Source of the DNA: a virus
Taxonomy: Duplodnaviria; Caudoviricetes
Length of the DNA: 64,000 nucleotides
Direction: 5' to 3' (one strand)
Virus record (IMG/VR): IMGVR_UViG_3300033074_001413
Coordinates: 1 to 64,000 of that record
Shown here: positions 63,301 to 64,000 of the stretch, piece after piece
Layout: the number at the start of each line of letters is the position of its first letter
How positions within the stretch are numbered: position 1 is the first letter of the stretch
Program-made: the position numbers and the translations under genes
Notes under the pieces: generated by a model
Databases searched by the model: none
What the model saw: only the letters and a program-made list of their open reading frames with translations
What the model was told of the DNA's origin: nothing

Positions 63301-64000
63301 ACAGTCCATGCATCTTCGCAAGAAGGTATTGTCCGCAACAGCGACCCGTGGAGCCAACAGTAGTGTCAACATCGCTGGTCCAGTAACGGCACCGGATGTC
63401 TACAAGGGTATGATCGTGAGGATAGTTGGTGGCACTGGTGCTGGACAGGAGCGCGAGATTATCAGCTACCAAACCGACGGTAGCCACTCCCCAGAAGGGA
63501 AGATCACCGTCGACTCACCATGGCTTGTGAATCCGTCCAATACCAGCAGCATTATCATTCTAAGCTATGGAACCGATCTCAACTTCGATAATATGCACGC
63601 TGGTCGTGGTATCGTCATCAGTGGGGCTAACAACTCAGCCAACAACCATGACATCGACAATACCGTCCAGATCATCAAGGTGACACGCAACATAATGACT
63701 TGCAACACCACGTTCAAGCCCGAAAAAGGTAGTGGTGGCGTGGTAATCACGGCATACGACAAATATATCAGTGAGGAGGCGTCTGGTGGGTGCTCCGCAT
63801 CAAGTCGTTACATCACCAAGCGGTTTACTCTGAACCAGTCGGCTAATTCACTCCGACTGACACTGAGTATATCGAGACCAGTAGGTAGCTTCGTAGATGT
63901 CTACTACAAGACACTCTTGATGGACGCCGGAAGCCACTTCGATGATGTGCCATATACCTATATGGAACTGGAACCTGGAGTGAATATGGAGCCACAGGAT
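51326..64000 (+). CDS. Giant DUF4815/VrlC-like virion structural protein (at least 4225 aa, truncated by the window end)
   Basis: MALSFNFAPYFDDFD..FYRVIFRP..VQVRELNQMQSILQ; GVYFYNGLFV; APGAHRYK; YTMRDIGKLEKRIENLEYYT; KNGFVVDNF; DPLAETFLV. No stop found in the parts translated, and the ORF track has no terminated ORF in this frame. Confidence 0.92.
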   Translation, partial: MALSFNFAPYFDDFDPAKHFYRVIFRPAQGVQVRELNQMQSILQEQVSRFGAYFFKHGAMVIPGQVGFDAKLAYVRLKSISRPFDPLIIGKQVFGLSSGLVAEIRAYTPATVNDPDTIYVKYLNSNVAGDLTFQVGEQLLLIDADTSIAKAEAAAAELAAATVQLSTGVGSVSTLDPIWHVTSPLGGGSHAATIIDWNPYWRVPSEGYNWISASGATQSMPLGDYTYNTGFSIDNGSTSAIFEYTIAADDLVKSFTLTGPGGYVATKDYSALNLRGGLADMIDNLPGDGSYGLTIVVENQASAYSGLQLSTGQGAVGSLDTLWQVKAPNRARRGAALIIDPMAHWFTPPSGAKWIGSVADQDVVGVYEYSAQFNVDTGTNSSTFTYSIGADNRVKQLVLTGPQGFKSTKTYSGQHFGDGNHGTWGEMVEDSIKGMPDGDYTLTVQVENTETVVTDQTPVDASTGTGSWTVLTPGSGTFVAANVITKDPLWIDVAGAEWVGASSNAVTQGIYTFKRDVTINASANNGVFNYTIAADNSIRKITLTGPDGYIATRDYTEQDRYSEAITDSFYELPGDGTYTITVDVKNLPVPTRIQTESTVMLNTGFGVIGSNDNRWTVKVPGSGSFVPAHVIARDASWMVEGVNQHWISAGTSSADAVPAGTYTFKTEFEFASGSDSGVLNFTVAANDAIRTVKLEGPSSYSSTKTYSDLSNYHNGETIADIFDDLPGDGSYTLTITVENNAGPAVRVNLPTISLNSGSGIVGSTDTKWTVKRPFSGTWDPVYAVGGGAGWFSAPAGSHWVSPDHDNNALAKGVYEYATTFNITGGADLATLTLDIGADNILKDLVLTGPGGYSVTRTYGTDDRTVAPLHESITNLPGDGTYWLKIKVENYPVPQRVQTESAQSIVTGQGGGTPGTADRRWTVLNPDAPSAIPAPLASHPNWFAPDAGTSWIGYTAGANAALPLDVVILCDTTGSMGATIQQIKTNIDSIVDDVFNQSDNAKIAIAQYRDWGDSFVYAVPTPLSDNKTVIHAAVQGLVGGEGADTPESNLYALKQVADTMNWRAGSMRLIFWFGDSSGHSPSPDASQAYVPGTSGVTPVTLDAAANALTAKGIKVYATNVNGLNGGGDGLNATGQAQFFATATGGAYFNALSGSEIASIITDTIAGLVQNGGAPAGDYTFSTTFSIRTGSDSASFVYSLGSDNSCLSVTVTGPSGFHASRSHLGDHFLEAQRNDVRNQTFTGLPGDGDYTITVVVNNAYVPTGNAVGLWFSAVVTPAIVSDNISTQTGLLVANATVSPSKWNYDIPSSIGLLVSASAVPSILDPNHPTSSGLAMSAVFVPRVIDPPPGSGFMLKGSVAPGTPTGLLLDNARVIPNVASTWTVDINDPLGLTVSAGIEQGVYFYNGLFVSVDKQLLLLNKYNNLFTGTVGLKVVESIITEDDDISLLEPEQTSPNYTAPGAHRYKVEMFLEARDYDNPVTSDFIELLKLTDSAVVTQVTKTDYDIIHQTLARRTKDQWGDYAKTQFGIDVREHLDTSWVAAGTAQAGASETFTPPVPANITLAFLSSNVDNFYQGFTIHLKTGVGGGQTRTITSYNGASKIAYVDKNWDVYKTPDNTTEYTINDPSKSNRGIFSPADGGSESKLAVGIEAGKAYVNGYEVNNQHTTYIPIDKARSTETHEGSTFAEYGSYLFVKNLHAMPVPSLTQGRDYLQISIMGTKATGTYSANDEIGTARVRDIEFAFGPNPNDSNAVFRIYLQDIAMKAGYDIDFARSFFLTSGTNNQNGLNAWGDIVTVFDMANVVGQGFVAGNDITGPNGIGTEVVVLWDSLNGVVFTEPKSGNPQQITSLGPVSATGSSTANISTRTQLFDGSLFMNVWPLGRTVVNSLHPGAKLTAQPTAVTNNTLRFPSSASNANDFYINNNVRIISGPGVGQMRTITDYVGSTRTATFDSAWDVGNLPTTSSIFVCMEPTIVNYHARKVIQATGVNGTFTFSSTDPFVHPFNAYDFMAVCIAKGGGSPSFNVGEVIDLGLYAPEYPVTNPQWTQFAVQIGSSTDTLRLVATVNKTAQNEKYKVWTPYSVGDTTTWMPYTSGTGAGVLANEIGLEVADVRDFRVYQGVKTWEIPFNAYTNTFTPGMQVVGVTSGARGQVLDFDTIGEILTLTSVSGTFLDAETIECMSDQTITANTDGPFTVVYATPDLNSDPVNYVEVTDNYSLDDGQRDTHYQLAKIIRKPGYPVPPSDTNLLITWDYFKHVGTGDFFSVDSYLGQVAYQDIPVYENSLGRSYPLRDSLDFRPTISSNGLNFHAAGSVWSDPLLVGDQITYSSVYYLDRIDKIFLAEDGTFKVNRGTSSLTPVPPENIPNTMLLYTLHLDAYTMGPKAVKAKMTDNRGYTMRDIGKLEKRIENLEYYTQLNLLEQDTAKHQVRDTKTGLDRYKNGFVVDNFKSHGTGNVWDVDYNCAVDNAVGELRPQYYQDNVGIEYVSDQSTGVIRVGTTLPGDILMLPYSHEAVVSQPLSTRVENVNPFTNFGWGGSLELIPPSDEWRDTARRPDVLVNDDNAMRYINRPLGVVWNEWQTNWTGEWSDTSARTINSSSTSTRSSDDVITNTTNTTTEVTQTRDVQQSRSGTRTTVVPQTVRVDTVDRVVNVETIPFIRSRVVQFIGKRMKPKTRVYPYFDGRFVGQWVRPTRVPGLTPYIIPFDEAPIQADNNALGLTSDTSTPSETLAAGSTDITNINTGAPLVRPTGNPGPSGEATTNASSSDRTTPPTTTGADLTSGRMVPNDTIDRLRVVAPGVWSLPATFIQNNIDIGKTLGGAAQPTLHPFTPMPLVVPTITARDINVTAIRDAHTELTGRTDREWSLPTPAMTVAGTAITPTVTFRPSPDCVVVKVSGDSQAIMASQTFPQPLVVQVNRSGIPVSGATVQWKVTGPAIVSGLGTREGVVATDAVGRAQVTVTASDAPGAIVVTADIGGTPIQFNLSTTFNTNRVTGAVATGPAIIPTGAFVGGGAPTTVVMGTETTIDGVNPATTLFRTNTTGGDRGVAPIAPTPPTVASDLLSIQTSLQKILEAYGKDPTALLGAGHQVGVPYYVSELGKNYTVVGYTSTWQPIVIVPRSDASKYATDVYSISLSTGALAYIVNDEGYAIFKQQQSGTAMMMPGVQITWLGGTTGRNDTLVRIFQPGAATTVTTGVVATASTALTSNQLNDARAVIMANPGILLQISGLTNEEQHVSSVTEINNLLVAKPEVASAVLSGRTDTSTSSITTSVQSGSARFQMLDDPIRIDPATYSLSQSTLAPTATIPTGTAFGNEPKYGDPLYTNGVGTVTGEFWIPNTDAIHFRVGRRLFRLTSSPNNNKNAETWADAVYSAQGTLYTNQRTVTSIREPHYVVENLYDSASYTETQTDLRFESQSWDEPAPQPIEPPAPVVIDHNPTPVITEATRTTTEATRTTTEVAPPATEPEPPVFEPPIEEPPPPAPDPPPPVVLSVTTTTTSTSTWFDPLAETFLVDTKGGYFLSKIDLFFASIDPRMPVTVQIRTTVNGYPSKKVLPFAEKTMYPETGAIKVSDDGSIPTTFEFPVPVYLEENQEYAFVVMANTNNYLLHTARMGERAFTTGAVVNQQPYAGVMFKSQNASTWSADQLEDIKFTIYRAKFDVSSQATVYFRNKDLDTVVLGNNPFHTAQGSDIVRVLHSDNGMVRSNDKGSVVTIGHVQDAPINGIPAAALVGDFTVESVDLDAYTIKANLAGDFDKATISNGISGPSLVEVSREFQYNLMHPTFGTMIMPGTGISWFARTISGKAVHNNELATQTPFQKSDFVAIVPNTNIEYSVPQMIATTKTETLNVVGNSPFDRRSLLFRAVMFTTQDNLTPMVDLQRMSAIVVHNRLDDPNFNNQTLPLHDKGVTFTATSDEFIEFGGYDHLEVTGVAESGGATSINIGSLGVEIDDYYVNMSVKVIAGSGQGEEKIITAYSALTRDATVDSAWHTNPDSTSQFEIWRGQSMHLRKKVLSATATRGANSSVNIAGPVTAPDVYKGMIVRIVGGTGAGQEREIISYQTDGSHSPEGKITVDSPWLVNPSNTSSIIILSYGTDLNFDNMHAGRGIVISGANNSANNHDIDNTVQIIKVTRNIMTCNTTFKPEKGSGGVVITAYDKYISEEASGGCSASSRYITKRFTLNQSANSLRLTLSISRPVGSFVDVYYKTLLMDAGSHFDDVPYTYMELEPGVNMEPQD

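Noticed and set aside
51414-63762. The many short ORFs listed in the track
   Set aside because: They are off-frame or antisense shadows of the single open frame from 51326, which the track omits because it has no stop in the window.
1-64000. Alternative genetic code (stop-codon reassignment)
   Set aside because: Conserved genes are full length under the standard code, all three stops end real genes, and there is no suppressor tRNA.

Overview
This window is a segment of a large T4-like (myovirus or jumbo-type) bacteriophage genome. It contains a T4-type replication cluster: a family B DNA polymerase split into gp43A and gp43B halves by a three-gene insert (two radical SAM enzymes and a putative PD-(D/E)XK nuclease), uvsX, a gp40-like gene, MazG and the gp41 helicase. 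Translation-related genes are tRNA-Arg(TCT), a SpoU/TrmH methyltransferase, a CCA-adding enzyme, TyrRS and Met aminopeptidase. A long accessory region of small ORFs follows, and the window ends inside a DUF4815/VrlC-type virion protein of at least 4225 aa (51326 to the end) that the ORF track omits. Four patterns stand out. (1) About a dozen dispersed small genes have a late-type CTAAATA promoter and a T4 internal-protein-like N-terminal capsid-targeting tag, with ADP-ribosyltransferase-like, Nudix or unknown cargo. (2) A ~620-nt promoter-driven structured RNA contains a tRNA-like domain with a non-canonical anticodon arm, and there is a second ~170-nt structured RNA. (3) The giant virion protein appears to have a nested architecture of six beta-sandwich repeats with a VWA domain at the tip. 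(4) Many genes look leaderless. Several surface-type domains hint at an Acidobacteriota-like host (inference only). All family calls come from motif recognition by eye; no searches were run.
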